Shown: positions 29,018 through 39,543 of the stretch, one piece after another
How positions within the stretch are numbered: the stretch's first letter is position 1
Layout: each line of letters starts with the position of its first letter
Source of the DNA: Candidatus Dormiibacterota bacterium
GTDB taxonomy: Bacteria; Chloroflexota; Dormibacteria; Aeolococcales; Aeolococcaceae
DNA: 64,000 nt
Direction: 5' to 3'
Assembly: GCA_963709585.1 (NCBI GenBank)
Contig: CAVPXI010000013.1
Coordinates: 64,001-128,000, forward strand
The notes under the pieces: generated by a model
The model's input: only the letters and a program-made list of their open reading frames with translations
The model's database searches: none
What the model was told of the DNA's origin: nothing
Program-made: the position numbers and the translations under genes

Positions 29018-30031
29018 TCAGGTGGCTTTCTCGTTGTGACCACCGAACTGCTTACGCATGGCGCTCAGGAGGCGGTCAGCGTAGTCCGCGTCGCCCCGGG
29101 ATTCGAAGCGAGCAAACAACGCGGCGCTGATCACGGGAGCCGGGACACCCTCATCGACCGCCGCGAGTGCTGTCCACCGACCCTCACCTGAGTTGGACAC
29201 GTGCCCGCTGAAGTCGGCGAGCTCCGAATCACTGACCAGTGCGGCCGCCGTGAGGTCGAGCAGCCACGACGCGATCACACTCCCGCGACGCCATACCTCC
29301 GCGACCTCACCAATGTTCAGCAGGTACTTGTACGCGTCTGGATCTCGCAGCGGGGTTGTCTCCGCGTCTTCTTCTTGCTGACGCAGTCCGACGTCGGCGT
29401 TCTTGAGGATGTTCAACCCCTCAGCGTAGGCAGCCATCAGGCCGTATTCAATGCCGTTGTGCACCATCTCGACGAAGTGGCCCGCGCCGTTGGGGCCGCA
29501 GTGCAGGTACCCGTTCTCGGCGTGGCTCGGGGGTCCTTTCCGACCCGGAGTGCGTAGGGCAGACCCAACGCCTGGCGCAATGCTCCGAAAGATGGGATCC
29601 AGGTGGTGGACTACAGCGTCCTCGCCACCGATCATCAGGCAGAAGCCACGTTCGAGGCCGATCACACCGCCACTGGTGCCGCAGTCAACGTAGTGGACGC
29701 CGCGGTTACTCAGCTCCGCGGCACGCTCGATGTCGTCGCGGTAGTAGCTGTTACCGCCGTCGATGATCATGTCCCCGGGCTCGAGGTGCGTCGCGAGTTC
29801 GTGCACGGTGGCGCCAGTGACTGCAGCCGGCACCATCACCCATACGGCCCGCGGCTTCTCGAGCTTGGCGGCAAACTCGGCGATCGAAGTCGACGCCTGA
29901 GCGTGCTTGCCTGCAACCTTTGCGACGGCAGCGGGATTCACGTCGAAGACGACGCATTCATGGCCGTCTCTGGTGAGACGCTCGACCAGGTTGGCTCCCA
30001 TCCTCCCGAGTTCGATCATACCGAGTTGCAT
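29018..30031 (-). CDS. gnd: 6-phosphogluconate dehydrogenase (short decarboxylating type) with substitutions at key residues
   Basis: [27 protein letters not shown]; GMIELG and HFVEMVHNG deviate from consensus. Confidence 0.88.
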   Translation of the reverse strand: MQLGMIELGRMGANLVERLTRDGHECVVFDVNPAAVAKVAGKHAQASTSIAEFAAKLEKPRAVWVMVPAAVTGATVHELATHLEPGDMIIDGGNSYYRDDIERAAELSNRGVHYVDCGTSGGVIGLERGFCLMIGGEDAVVHHLDPIFRSIAPGVGSALRTPGRKGPPSHAENGYLHCGPNGAGHFVEMVHNGIEYGLMAAYAEGLNILKNADVGLRQQEEDAETTPLRDPDAYKYLLNIGEVAEVWRRGSVIASWLLDLTAAALVSDSELADFSGHVSNSGEGRWTALAAVDEGVPAPVISAALFARFESRGDADYADRLLSAMRKQFGGHNEKAT

Positions 30032-30086
30032 TCAGGTCCTCCTGTCAGCGCTCGCAGCGGGACTGTCGTTGCCACGCACCACCGCG

Positions 30087-30834
30087 TTAGTCATTGGCGC
30101 CGTCCCAGAGCTTGATGCCGCCGAGGATGCCGGCCACATTACCGACGATGTGTACCGACGGGTCCACGTGACCTTTGAGGGCTTGAGCGTTGCCGCCACT
30201 GACGTACAGCCGATCGTAGTTGATAAGAACGTGAAAGTTGCGAATGGTCTCTCGCACGCGTTTCCGCCACTTCTTCGGTCCGATCTTCTCGAACGCGGCG
30301 TTGCCGAGTTGCTCGTCGTACGTCTCGCCATGTCGAAACGGATGATGCGCAAGCTCGAGATGCGACGAGAGTTTGCCATCGACAAGCAGCGCCGTGCCGA
30401 CGCCCGTACCCAGCGTGACGACGAATTCAACTCCAGCGCCACTCACGACCTCGAGACCCTGTATGTCAGCATCGTTGGCAACTCGCACCGGGTGACCGAG
30501 CCGATTTGCCATCGCACCGGCAAGATCGAACCCTGTCCATGCGACGAGGAGCTTCTTCGCGACCGGCGATCCAGGACCCGACCGCGTGACGAAATCCGGT
30601 GCTGTCAAGAGGATCCCGTTCCTCACGACGCCAGGAAAGCCGATCGACGCCCGGTCAGCACCCGGAAGCGGCGCGACCAGGGTCGCAAGCATGTCGACGA
30701 GTTGCTCGGGCGGGCACGGATAGGTGGTCGGGACTTGGCACGCGGTGGGCCATGAGCCTGCCACCTGCGTCCAGTACGGATGCTCTAAGACCGGTGCCAC
30801 CGACATCGATCGCCAGTGTTGCCGGTCGCACCAT
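30087..30834 (-). CDS. ROK family (polyphosphate) glucokinase, frameshift near 30735
   Basis: LAIDVGGTG in one frame; IGFPGVV, NDADIQG, TLGTGVG, LELAH, GGNA in the next. Confidence 0.8.
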
Positions 30835-30943
30835 CTTCCTCGTAGCCACTGAGACCAAGCATAGACCGATGGTCACGGTGCCGAGACACTGTCCGATCGG
30901 ATGCGGATGCTGACCCTCGCAGCCTTCCGCTGTGGTCGGGCTG

Positions 30944-31141
30944 CTATCGCTTCGCGGTAGTGGGCCTCGGCGCAGGTGCAGGGAAATGGCGTCGTCCGCA
31001 GGTGACGCACTTGGCGGTGGGCCGGGCTCGTACATCGACCTCCTTTGCCCTCTGGAGGCTCGGGTAGGTCAGCGGTATGAACCGGTCCGCACCACAACCT
31101 TCGCAGCGCAGACTCGGAATTTCCGGTAATCGCCTGGGCAT
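30944..31141 (-). CDS. Small zinc-ribbon protein, paralog 1 (65 aa)
   Basis: CEGCGADRFIPLTY...RPTAKCVTCG; GGGGGAG RBS. Confidence 0.7.
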   Translation of the reverse strand: MPRRLPEIPSLRCEGCGADRFIPLTYPSLQRAKEVDVRARPTAKCVTCGRRHFPAPAPRPTTAKR

Positions 31142-31423
31142 CTTCGCACTCTCCCCCAGTGCGGAATCCGCCACCAAATTTTTAGAACCAGCAATCACTC
31201 TACTAGAGACTCGTCAGCTCTTTTGAAGCCCGTCCCCGAGACATCCTGAGGATGGCCGAGTGTCGAAACGGTGCATGGCGACGCCGCGTTTCGTCAACGC
31301 TTGCCCACCTCACGTCACGCATGGCATCGATCAACTGGTCAGGTCACCGTGCGGGTTAGATGCTCGGGGGAGCGGGTGACGCAGTGTCACCCGCTCAAGG
31401 GAGGGAGGACAGTTCGCCCAATA

Positions 31424-31443
31424 AAAACCAACGCGTCGGTTTT
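31424..31443. promoter_or_regulatory. Imperfect palindrome, probable TetR operator
   Basis: AAAACC-AACGCGTC-GGTTTT about 20 bp upstream of the TetR start. Confidence 0.5.
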
Positions 31444-31464
31444 ACTGGATGGTAGCATATCCTG

Positions 31465-32067
31465 ATGCCGCGCATCTCGACCGCCGCGCGTTCGGAGCGC
31501 CGGCAGCAGCTCATCGAGGCGGCGTGGCGTTGCGCTGGCCGGATGGGGTACAGCGAGCTCACCGTCGACGACATTTGCGCCGAGGCTGAAGTGAGCAAGG
31601 GTGCTTTCTACGGATACTTTTCGTCGAAGCAGGACATGCTCATCGCGCTCCTCGAAGCGGATGCCGCCGAACTCGACGGACGGCTCGAGAGCCTCGCTCA
31701 GCGCAACATCTCCAATGTCGAGCGACTTCGCAGCTTTGCTCGCGAGATGTGCGAGCGTGGCACCGACCAAGCAAGGGTCCAGGTTCGGTCGGACCTGTGG
31801 GCTGCCATCCTCACCGAGCCTGCCATCCGTGAGCGGATGGTGTCGGCCGTCGGACGGCGCAGAGCGATGTTGCGAGGCTGGATCGAGGTTGCCGTTGCCG
31901 ACGGCGAGATCACCGACATTCCGGCCAACGCATTCGCCTCGGTCCTGCTCGCACTCGGCGACGGCCTCACGCTGCACGGTTCTCTCGATCCCTCCGGGTT
32001 CCGCTGGAACAACATCGCTCGTGTCCTGGCGGCCATCTTTGCCGGACTCAGCGGCGACGAGGAGTGA
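31465..32067 (+). CDS. TetR/AcrR family regulator
   Basis: LTVDDICAEAEVSKGAFYGYFSSK HTH. Confidence 0.9.
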   Translation: MPRISTAARSERRQQLIEAAWRCAGRMGYSELTVDDICAEAEVSKGAFYGYFSSKQDMLIALLEADAAELDGRLESLAQRNISNVERLRSFAREMCERGTDQARVQVRSDLWAAILTEPAIRERMVSAVGRRRAMLRGWIEVAVADGEITDIPANAFASVLLALGDGLTLHGSLDPSGFRWNNIARVLAAIFAGLSGDEE

Positions 32068-33899
32068 CCTCAACCGCTCGCCGGATCCACATTCCGTCAG
32101 ACCTTCACCGACGAGCCCTCGACTGGGTACGAGGCACGCAGGGCGGGATCATCGCGATCGCGCTCGTGGTCGGCGCCGGCGGCGGACTCGGGGCGATCCT
32201 CTTTCGCGACATCATCCGCTGGTTCACCCTGCTCTTCACCGGTCACAGCGATTACAGCGCCGCTGGACACGCGATCAATCCCAATGTGCCGTGGCTTGGC
32301 ATCTACTTCGTCGTTCTCGCGCCCGTTGTCGGGGGTCTCATCTACGGCCCTCTGATCCAGCTCTTTGCTCCTGAAGCTCGAGGCCACGGCGTCCCCGAAG
32401 TCATGCTCGCCGTGGCTGATCGGGGCGGGAAGATCCGACCTCAGGTGTCTGTCGTCAAGTCGCTCGCCTCAGCGATCTGCATCGGCGCGGGCGGGTCGGT
32501 GGGACGCGAAGGCCCCATCGTGCAGATTGGCTCGGCGCTGGGCTCCTCGATCGGGCAGGTGCTGCACGTCTCCGAGAACCGATTGCGTTTGCTCGTCGCT
32601 TGCGGTACGGCCGCCGGTATCTCGGCCACGTTCAACGCGCCTATTGCCGGTGTCTTCTTCGCGCTCGAGCTCATCCTCCAGGACTTCGCCGTGGACTCCT
32701 TCGGTGCTGTCGTGCTCGCGTCGGTGACCGCCGACGTCATCGGACGCGCGGCGTTCGGCAACCAGGCGTTCCTCACGCTGCCCGCGTTCCACATCGTGTC
32801 CACCTGGGAGTTCGGCCTCTACGCGATCCTCGGGGTGCTGGGTGGCGTTGCCGGGCTTGCATTCATCCGCATCCTGTACGGGACCGAGGATCTCCTGGAT
32901 CGCATGTGGCATGGCCCCGAATGGCTGCGTCCGGTGGCTGGTGGCGTGCTCCTCGGACTCCTGCTGCTGGCGCTCCCCGAGCTCTATGGCGTCGGCTATC
33001 CGGTACTCCAAAACGCGGTCGCCGGACAGATCGTTCTCGGGCTGCTCCTGGTGTTGCTCGTTGGCAAGATGCTCGCCACAAGCCTGACGATCGGCATCGG
33101 TGGATCCGGCGGTGTCTTTGCTCCATCACTGTTCATGGGCGCGATGCTGGGTACCGCGTTTGGTCTGGTCGCCAACCTGCTGTTCCACGGTTCGGTTGCG
33201 CCCGCCGGGGCGTACGGGCTCGTTGGTATGGGGGCGGTGTTCGCGGGGGCAGCACGAGCGCCGATCACAGCCGTGATCATCATCTTTGAACTCACCGGCG
33301 ACTACACCATCATCCTGCCTTTGATGGTCGCGATTGTCGCGGCCACCGGGCTCAGCAATCTGTTGTCCAAAGACACCATCTACTCACTCAAGCTGCGTCG
33401 GCGCGGGATCGACATTCTCAGATCACGCAGCGCCAACCTCATGCAAGAGATTCGAGTCCGCGATGCCATGCAGCCAGTGCCAGAGCCACTCCTGGTCACG
33501 ACGCCCATGGACGACTTGGTCGGCCGGTTTGCGCGGCGCGACGTAGCCGCGCTCCCGGTGGTGGATGTTGATGGCGGGTACCGCGGCGTGGTGACCGCCG
33601 GAGAGCTCGAAACCGCCTTGGGTAACGACACGTTCGACATCACCGCGGGCGACCTTGCCCACCTGGCAACCGCCGTTGCACCAGACGCGCCCCTTGACAC
33701 CACGCTCTCGCAGTTCGTCCAGCAGGGCACCTCGGCATTGCCGGTGATGGACCCAGGCGGTTCGACCATCCTTGGATGGCTGACCCATCGCGACATCCTG
33801 GCCGCATACCAGACGCGGGTCGAATCAGACCGAGCCGACACCCGCAGCTCGCAGTCTTCGGCGGTGAAACCGGAGTCAGCGAAAGGAGCACCCTCGTGA
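32064..33899 (+). CDS. ClC chloride channel/antiporter with CBS pair
   Basis: GHGVPE, GREGP, FNAPIAG, GGVFAP, C-terminal CBS domains. Confidence 0.92.
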   Translation: MTSTARRIHIPSDLHRRALDWVRGTQGGIIAIALVVGAGGGLGAILFRDIIRWFTLLFTGHSDYSAAGHAINPNVPWLGIYFVVLAPVVGGLIYGPLIQLFAPEARGHGVPEVMLAVADRGGKIRPQVSVVKSLASAICIGAGGSVGREGPIVQIGSALGSSIGQVLHVSENRLRLLVACGTAAGISATFNAPIAGVFFALELILQDFAVDSFGAVVLASVTADVIGRAAFGNQAFLTLPAFHIVSTWEFGLYAILGVLGGVAGLAFIRILYGTEDLLDRMWHGPEWLRPVAGGVLLGLLLLALPELYGVGYPVLQNAVAGQIVLGLLLVLLVGKMLATSLTIGIGGSGGVFAPSLFMGAMLGTAFGLVANLLFHGSVAPAGAYGLVGMGAVFAGAARAPITAVIIIFELTGDYTIILPLMVAIVAATGLSNLLSKDTIYSLKLRRRGIDILRSRSANLMQEIRVRDAMQPVPEPLLVTTPMDDLVGRFARRDVAALPVVDVDGGYRGVVTAGELETALGNDTFDITAGDLAHLATAVAPDAPLDTTLSQFVQQGTSALPVMDPGGSTILGWLTHRDILAAYQTRVESDRADTRSSQSSAVKPESAKGAPS

Positions 33900-33987
33900 T
33901 CGCTCGGTGGTGCGTCGCCATCCTCGCCTGCGCTGGTCGCGACTGACCTGGCCTCTCCCCGCTGCACGACTGTTCCATAATCTGCAC

Positions 33988-34635
33988 ATGCGTGCAGCAC
34001 CGGGCGATCTCACCGCTGCGGCCACGATCCGGGAGACAGCCATGCGGCTCTTCGCCCGACGGGGTGCCGCTGCAGTGACCATCCGCGACATAGCCGCCGA
34101 GGCAGGCGTCTCACCCTCGCTGGTCATTCACCACTACGGGTCGAAGCAGGGACTGAGGGAGGCGGTCGACAATCGCGCGATCGCCCTCGTCAACGCTTTC
34201 GTCACCGAGCTCACGGCCGCTTCCGGTGGGGGGCCGAGCGCGTCACTGGCGGCAGCGCTCTCCAGCGAGCTCGAACGAGATCCGCTGCTCCCGGGGTACC
34301 TGCGACGCCTCCTCGTCGACGGTGGTAAGCCTGCCGAGACCCTCTTTCGGAGCCTCTTCGAGGCGGTGCTCTCGGGCTATGCAACCCTTGAAGCGGCGGG
34401 GCTGGTACGACCTTCGTCCGACGCCGAGGTCAGAGCCGCCTTCCTGCTGGTCAATGACCTTGCGGTTGTGCTGCTTCGTGACCAGGTGCACGAGGTCCTC
34501 GGCATTGATCCTCTCGCGCGCTCGGGGATGGAGCGATGGACCGCTCAGGTGCTCGACGTCTATTCGCGCGGGGTGCTGACGATCGGTGAGGTCTCTTCCA
34601 CTGAAACGGATCCGCCTCGGGGGGCCGGGTCATGA
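33988..34635 (+). CDS. TetR family regulator
   Basis: TIRDIAAEAGVSPSLVIHHYGSK. Confidence 0.88.
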   Translation: MRAAPGDLTAAATIRETAMRLFARRGAAAVTIRDIAAEAGVSPSLVIHHYGSKQGLREAVDNRAIALVNAFVTELTAASGGGPSASLAAALSSELERDPLLPGYLRRLLVDGGKPAETLFRSLFEAVLSGYATLEAAGLVRPSSDAEVRAAFLLVNDLAVVLLRDQVHEVLGIDPLARSGMERWTAQVLDVYSRGVLTIGEVSSTETDPPRGAGS

Positions 34636-35546
34636 CGGTTGTGGTGAGCGCAGAGAAGCTGACCAAGACCTTTGGGACACACCGTGGCATCGTCGGCGTT
34701 GACGTCAGCGTCGCGGAGGGAGATATCTTCGGGTTCCTTGGCCCGAACGGGTCCGGCAAGTCAACAACGATCCGTCTCCTGACCGGCCTCTTCCACCCGA
34801 CGTCCGGCACCGCAAAGGTCTTCGGACTCGACCCCATCGCAGACGCTGTCGCGATTCATCGACGTGTTGGATATCTTCCAGGGGAACTCGCGCTCCACCC
34901 TCGCCTGACCGGGCAGCAGCACGTCGACTTCGCCGCCAGGGTCCGCGGTCTGCAGGACAGAACCTTCCTCCATGAATTGGTGGACCGGTTCCAGATCGAC
35001 CTCGAGCGGCCCACTCGCACGTTGTCCAAGGGCAATCGACAGAAGATCGGCATCCTGCTCGCCGTCATGCATCGACCTGAGCTGGTCATCCTCGACGAGC
35101 CGACATCGGGACTTGACCCCCTGATGCAGGACGAATTCGAACGTCTGATGCGTGAACTGGTAAGCACCGGGGCGACCGTCTTCCTCTCTTCCCACGAACT
35201 CGACGAAGTGCAGCGCGTCACGACCCGCGTGGCGATCATCAAGGACGGACACCTCGTCGTCACCGACACGGTCGAGGCGTTGCGCCGGCGGGCACCTCGG
35301 ACCATCGAGTTCTCCTTCCCAAGGACCGTCGATCCGAAGCCCTTCGCATCGATCGAGGGCGTTCAGGTCGTCGCCGCCACTGGGCAACGCATCACTCTGG
35401 CGCTCCGCGGTGCCGTTGCCCCCGTACTTCGCGTTGCTGCCGAATTGGATCCGCTCGACATCGTCGCTCGTCCAGCCGATCTCGACGAACTCTTCCTCAC
35501 CTACTATCGGGACCCATCCGCGGAGGAGCCGGTCGATGCGCGCTGA
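34632..35546 (+). CDS. ABC-2 type transporter ATP-binding protein
   Basis: GPNGSGKST, LSKGNRQK, ILDEPTSGLD, SSH. Confidence 0.92.
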   Translation: MTVVVSAEKLTKTFGTHRGIVGVDVSVAEGDIFGFLGPNGSGKSTTIRLLTGLFHPTSGTAKVFGLDPIADAVAIHRRVGYLPGELALHPRLTGQQHVDFAARVRGLQDRTFLHELVDRFQIDLERPTRTLSKGNRQKIGILLAVMHRPELVILDEPTSGLDPLMQDEFERLMRELVSTGATVFLSSHELDEVQRVTTRVAIIKDGHLVVTDTVEALRRRAPRTIEFSFPRTVDPKPFASIEGVQVVAATGQRITLALRGAVAPVLRVAAELDPLDIVARPADLDELFLTYYRDPSAEEPVDAR

Positions 35547-36325
35547 CATCGCAGTCATCGACCTCCGCTTACGCCGGCGAGCCCTCCTCAGCTACGTGGT
35601 GGGGATGGCGTTGTACGCGTTGGTCATCGTGGCGCTGTACCCGCAGTTCAAGGGCGCCACGAGCCTGGATCAACTCACAAAGAACGGGTCGACATTCGCG
35701 GCACTCTTCGGGGCGACGGGGTCATTGACGTCACCGAGCGGATGGCTCGACGCCAACATCTATGAGAACTTCCTCCCGCTCATCATGCTGCTCATCACCG
35801 TGGGCTACGGGGCGTCCTGCATTGCCGGACAGGACGAGGACGGCACGCTGTCGCTTGCCACGATCCTCCCGATATCGCGACGCGCTGTGGTGCTTCAAAA
35901 GGTCGGAGCGTTGACCGTGCAGGCGCTCCTGCTCGCGATCGCAACCATGGGGTGCGTGCTCATCGGAAGGCAGTTCGATCTCTCCTTCCCCCTCACGCAT
36001 CTCGCCGGATTGAGTTTCTGGGGTCGCGCTCCTCGGCGTTGACTTTGGACTGTGTGCCCTCGCCGCCGGGTCGATCACCGGCAGCCGCGGGACCGCGCTC
36101 GGCGTCACCGCAGCGCTGGCCGCTGCCTCGTATCTGGTGAGTTCACTCGCCCCAGTAATCGGATGGATTCGCCCGGCTCGGTACGCATCGCTCTTCTACT
36201 GGTCGGTCGGAAACCAGCAGCTTGCCAACGGTCTCAGCCTCGCGTCTGTTGGGGTGCTGATCTCCGTCGGGGCCCTCTTGACACTGACCGGGGTTGCCGG
36301 GTTCCGCAGGCTCGACCTTCACTGA
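35536..36325 (+). CDS. ABC-2 transporter permease, frameshift near 36015
   Basis: IAGQDEDGTL...LPISR; C-terminus SLFYW...FRRLDLH in another frame. Confidence 0.8.
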
Positions 36326-36485
36326 TTCGATCAAGACAGTGGCTGTCGCAGGCAGGGCGGCGCCGACTCCCGCCCGGATCGGCTCGGTCGCTGCAGTACT
36401 GTGGCGCAGAGCAACGGCAGCGACCGCCGACGGCGGACGGTTGAGCCTGCAGACGTGGATGCACCATGGCGGCGCCATATCCGCG

Positions 36486-36535
36486 AAAGAGAGAAAGCGA
36501 GCCGGTCCCGCCGCCGCATCGGCGGAACTGGGGCT
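36486..36535 (-). terminator. Possible intrinsic terminator after flp
   Basis: Imperfect GC hairpin followed by TTTCTCTCTTT on the minus strand. Confidence 0.35.
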
Positions 36536-36543
36536 GACGATTC

Positions 36544-36750
36544 CTAGTTGCTGAGACCGTGGCTGATGTTGGAAAACACGTTGTTCACCTGATGGCCGAC
36601 GGTTGTGAGGATGACGATGACCATGATCGCAATAAGGACGAGGATAAGGGTGTACTCCACCATCCCCTGTCCACTCTCATCCGGACCGTCGAGCACCTCT
36701 GCCAGTCGAGTCAACGCGAACTCACGGAAGCGAAAGACCGAGGATTGCAT
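36544..36750 (-). CDS. flp: Flp (Tad) type IVb pilin
   Basis: ESGQGMVEYTLILVLIAIMVIVIL...GHQVNNVFSNI; CAGGAG RBS. Confidence 0.88.
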   Translation of the reverse strand: MQSSVFRFREFALTRLAEVLDGPDESGQGMVEYTLILVLIAIMVIVILTTVGHQVNNVFSNISHGLSN

Positions 36751-37130
36751 GGATTCTCCTGAGCAGTGTTGATTTGAGATCACGATGCAAGACCGACTTG
36801 AAAGTCGCCGAAATATCCTGCGACAGGCGCCCGTACCATCAGGCAACCCCGCGTGACGGAGGTGTGACGTGGGCCAGGCTTCCCTCGGTTCGTATACCGC
36901 TGGGATCAACGTGCGCAAAGGGCTCGACGTGCTGGTCAACCCGGATGTGACCGGAGAGGTCGACAGGCGCACACGGTCCATGCCGTCAGGAGCGCGTAGA
37001 CGCAGCGGGCGAGTTCGACCACTGCTCGGTCGCGCCATGTGCCGAGCCGTATGAAGCCAATGGGGACTGCAGGCTGCACCTACGGCGAATAACGGACCAC
37101 GGCGACGCGGGTGACTCGCATCGTTTACGT

Positions 37131-37490
37131 ATGGCGCCCTACCGCGGCGCGCTTTGGTCGGTCGATGGCTGTGAGCGCAGCGCGGACTCGGTCGGCCTTT
37201 GCCGCGACCACTACCTCATGTGGATCCGCGAGGACCCTGCCCGTCCGCGCTGTTCCGTCCCCGAATGCGGGCGAGGCGCCGAGATCCGCAGATCGGTGCA
37301 AGATGTGACGAGAAGGGGAGCACCTGCAACTCATTCCCTTCCTGAAGGAGGCCCTTGGCATCGCGCCAGGGGTCTCTCTTCATGCGAGAACGCCGAGGCC
37401 GCCGAGTGGTTACGGACCTGGTGTATCGCCTTTCTTTGGGACCGGCACTCCCGGCCTCGACTGTCTATGCTGCAAACGAGGGCCGGGTAA
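37131..37490 (+). CDS. Hypothetical Cys/His-motif protein, possibly degenerate
   Basis: SVDGCER...GLCRDHY and CSVPECGR resemble phage-type zinc-finger repeats. Confidence 0.4.
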   Translation: MAPYRGALWSVDGCERSADSVGLCRDHYLMWIREDPARPRCSVPECGRGAEIRRSVQDVTRRGAPATHSLPEGGPWHRARGLSSCENAEAAEWLRTWCIAFLWDRHSRPRLSMLQTRAG

Positions 37491-37624
37491 GCCACTCACA
37501 TCCTTCTCGGCGATCGGGCCGTACATTCCCCGACCGTCCGCAAGACCTGCCCGGCCCCCATGTCAACTGACGGTCCTTTCGCGGACAGACGGGATATCGG
37601 CACGCTGCGAGGATTGCGGGGCCG

Positions 37625-37795
37625 ATGATCGTTTGCCCCGCCTGCGGCTCCGACCGGCTGATCCCCCTGACGTTCGGTCTCGTGCTAGGAGATGACAAGG
37701 TCGACCTGCCGAGGCGACCCGTCGCCAAGTGCGCGAACTGCGGAGAACGGACCTACGTCAGCGCCAGAGCTCACCGCGCGCTCTCGGCAGACTGA
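37625..37795 (+). CDS. Small zinc-ribbon protein, paralog 2 (56 aa, absent from the ORF track)
   Basis: Manual translation MIVCPACGSDRLIPLTFGLVLGDDKVDLPRRPVAKCANCGERTYVSARAHRALSAD*. Confidence 0.7.
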   Translation: MIVCPACGSDRLIPLTFGLVLGDDKVDLPRRPVAKCANCGERTYVSARAHRALSAD

Positions 37796-37963
37796 GCTCC
37801 CCCGACCGGCCTACCCTGACCACGCGCTGGGGTGTGCGAGTGTTCCGTCCGGCGAGGCGGCCACCCGCATCCGCGTTGTCGACCGACCAGTCTCTGACCG
37901 GCTCGTATGGGCGCGGCAGCGCCGAACGTCGAGGCGAACGAGTAACTTGAAGGCAAGGATCAA

Positions 37964-38105
37964 GTGCGAATCGATAACTTCTCATTCGGCTCCATCCAGA
38001 TCGACGGCCGGACCTACGCCCACGACGTGATCATCGATCGGGGCCAGATCCGCAAGCGCAGGAAGGGCGCGTCGAAGCGTCACCGCGAGAGCTATGGACA
38101 CACGG
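37964..38105 (+). pseudogene. Mth938-like protein, N-terminal remnant
   Basis: MRIDNFSFGSIQIDGRTYAHDVII...RKRRKGASK...YGHT, then similarity is lost. Confidence 0.65.
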
Positions 38106-38244
38106 TGTCGATGGCGTCCAGTGGGCGCAAAGCTCATTCCCAAACCCGGCTGACCTCGATGTTCTCGAGGCTGCCGCTGCGGCCCCCGATCCGCTCTCCG
38201 TCCTGAAGCAGCGCACAGTAGCGGCGCCGTCTAAGAACCCTGAC

Positions 38245-38502
38245 ATGACGGAGGCCAATCGGCACGCTGCTGCACTCATCAGCATCTGGATATCGCACGG
38301 CGGCTACAGCGGAGAGCTGCAGAAGGCTCTGGACACGGCGATTGGTGGTGATGGTGCAAGAACGGTCGTCCCGGGCCTCGTCAATCTCTGCGCATACCTT
38401 GCCGCGATGGTCGGAACGCTCATAGGCTCGTCACCGTTGTCCCTGATCGGTGGCCTCACCATGGAAGCAGAGCCGCCCGAGGGGCCGGTACCGTCTCCAT
38501 GA
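38245..38502 (+). CDS. Hypothetical protein
   Basis: 85-aa ORF with protein-like composition only. Confidence 0.4.
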   Translation: MTEANRHAAALISIWISHGGYSGELQKALDTAIGGDGARTVVPGLVNLCAYLAAMVGTLIGSSPLSLIGGLTMEAEPPEGPVPSP

Positions 38503-38640
38503 GAGGTGCCAGGGGCTCTCCGCCCACCCACGGCGAACGAATTTCGATCACGCTTGAGGAGCCTGAGTGCGGCGTGATCGGCGGGCGAAGAGAGGGCTTC
38601 GTGCCGAAAGTTCGAATAAGGAGATCTTCCCCCGTGAAAA

Positions 38641-38662
38641 CTGCGGAGCTAGGATTCGAACC
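38641..38662 (-). repeat. Short tRNA 3'-end fragment (T-loop to discriminator, Gln-like)
   Basis: Reverse complement GG-TTCGAAT-CCTAG-CTCCGCA-G. Confidence 0.45.
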
Positions 38663-38680
38663 GCAGACACACCGGGGGTT

Positions 38681-38823
38681 TGACCGTCTCCAGGCCAAGC
38701 GTGGACGTCTGATGGACGTCTGATGGACGGGGCGGCGGGAGACGGGGGTCTCCCGCGCGCGTACCACCGGCGCGCACGGAGTTGACTTCTCTTATCGGTT
38801 CGGTGCAGCTACGTGAGGGGGTT
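38681..38823. repeat. Family B att-like repeat copy 1
   Basis: TGGACG at 38702/38713/38724; palindrome GCGGGAGAC-GGGG-GTCTCCCGC at 38735-38756; TTCTCTTATCGGTTCGGT at 38787. Confidence 0.85.
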
Positions 38824-38883
38824 GTTCTCAGGGCATCGAGCGATGCGGCTGCATTCGCGTTCGGGCGAGCGGGCGTTCCGCGT

Positions 38884-39378
38884 TTAGACGTCGCCGCCGA
38901 CGCTGTTGGTCGTGGTCCGGCGGAAGGTCGCGCGTGATGACGACGGCGACACAAGTGCGATGAAGATGACCGCGTTCACCGTGACGGTCACGATCCCTGG
39001 TATCGGGGTCGTGGCGATCCTGACGAACAGGACTCCGATGGCGATCCACACGACGCAGAAGAGCAGCGCGCTGATGAACATGGTCCGCGTCAGTAGCCAC
39101 CTCGACCCCACGGTCCACAGGCCCCATCCACCCATCGTGGCGATGACGATGCCGACTTCGACGACCCACCCGCCGATCGGGGGGTCGCCCGGAGGGTCGT
39201 TCACGATGCCGGGCAGGCCGCTGCCGCCGCGCAGCACGATCAAGCCGCCCACGACAAGGAGGGTGCCGAGAAGCAGCCACCAGGCACTCTCGATCCCGAG
39301 CAGCAAGCGCGCGATCGCGACGCCGCGAGGAAACGGTGCTGCCCGTGTCCGATCGGTCAACACGCTGTGCTCATCCAT
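38884..39378 (-). CDS. 4-TM hypothetical membrane protein
   Basis: Four hydrophobic helices. Confidence 0.65.
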   Translation of the reverse strand: MDEHSVLTDRTRAAPFPRGVAIARLLLGIESAWWLLLGTLLVVGGLIVLRGGSGLPGIVNDPPGDPPIGGWVVEVGIVIATMGGWGLWTVGSRWLLTRTMFISALLFCVVWIAIGVLFVRIATTPIPGIVTVTVNAVIFIALVSPSSSRATFRRTTTNSVGGDV

Positions 39379-39543
39379 CGCCTTTGCGTGATCCTGCGCG
39401 CGCGTACAGACCGACAGAGGTATGTGCACGAAATTCACAGGAAACCGTAAGGCAAACGTAACGACCGCGCAAGGTCGCGCCCGCATAGTCCTGCTCAGTG
39501 CTGCTCGGCATCCTGCCAGGCGCCGCCCGTCGGAGGTTCAGCG

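Noticed and set aside
36780-36900. Possible c-di-GMP-II riboswitch upstream of flp (GGAAGC...CGGGCGCCT)
   Set aside because: The 3' GUG.AACC element and P1 pairing are not evident; needs cmscan
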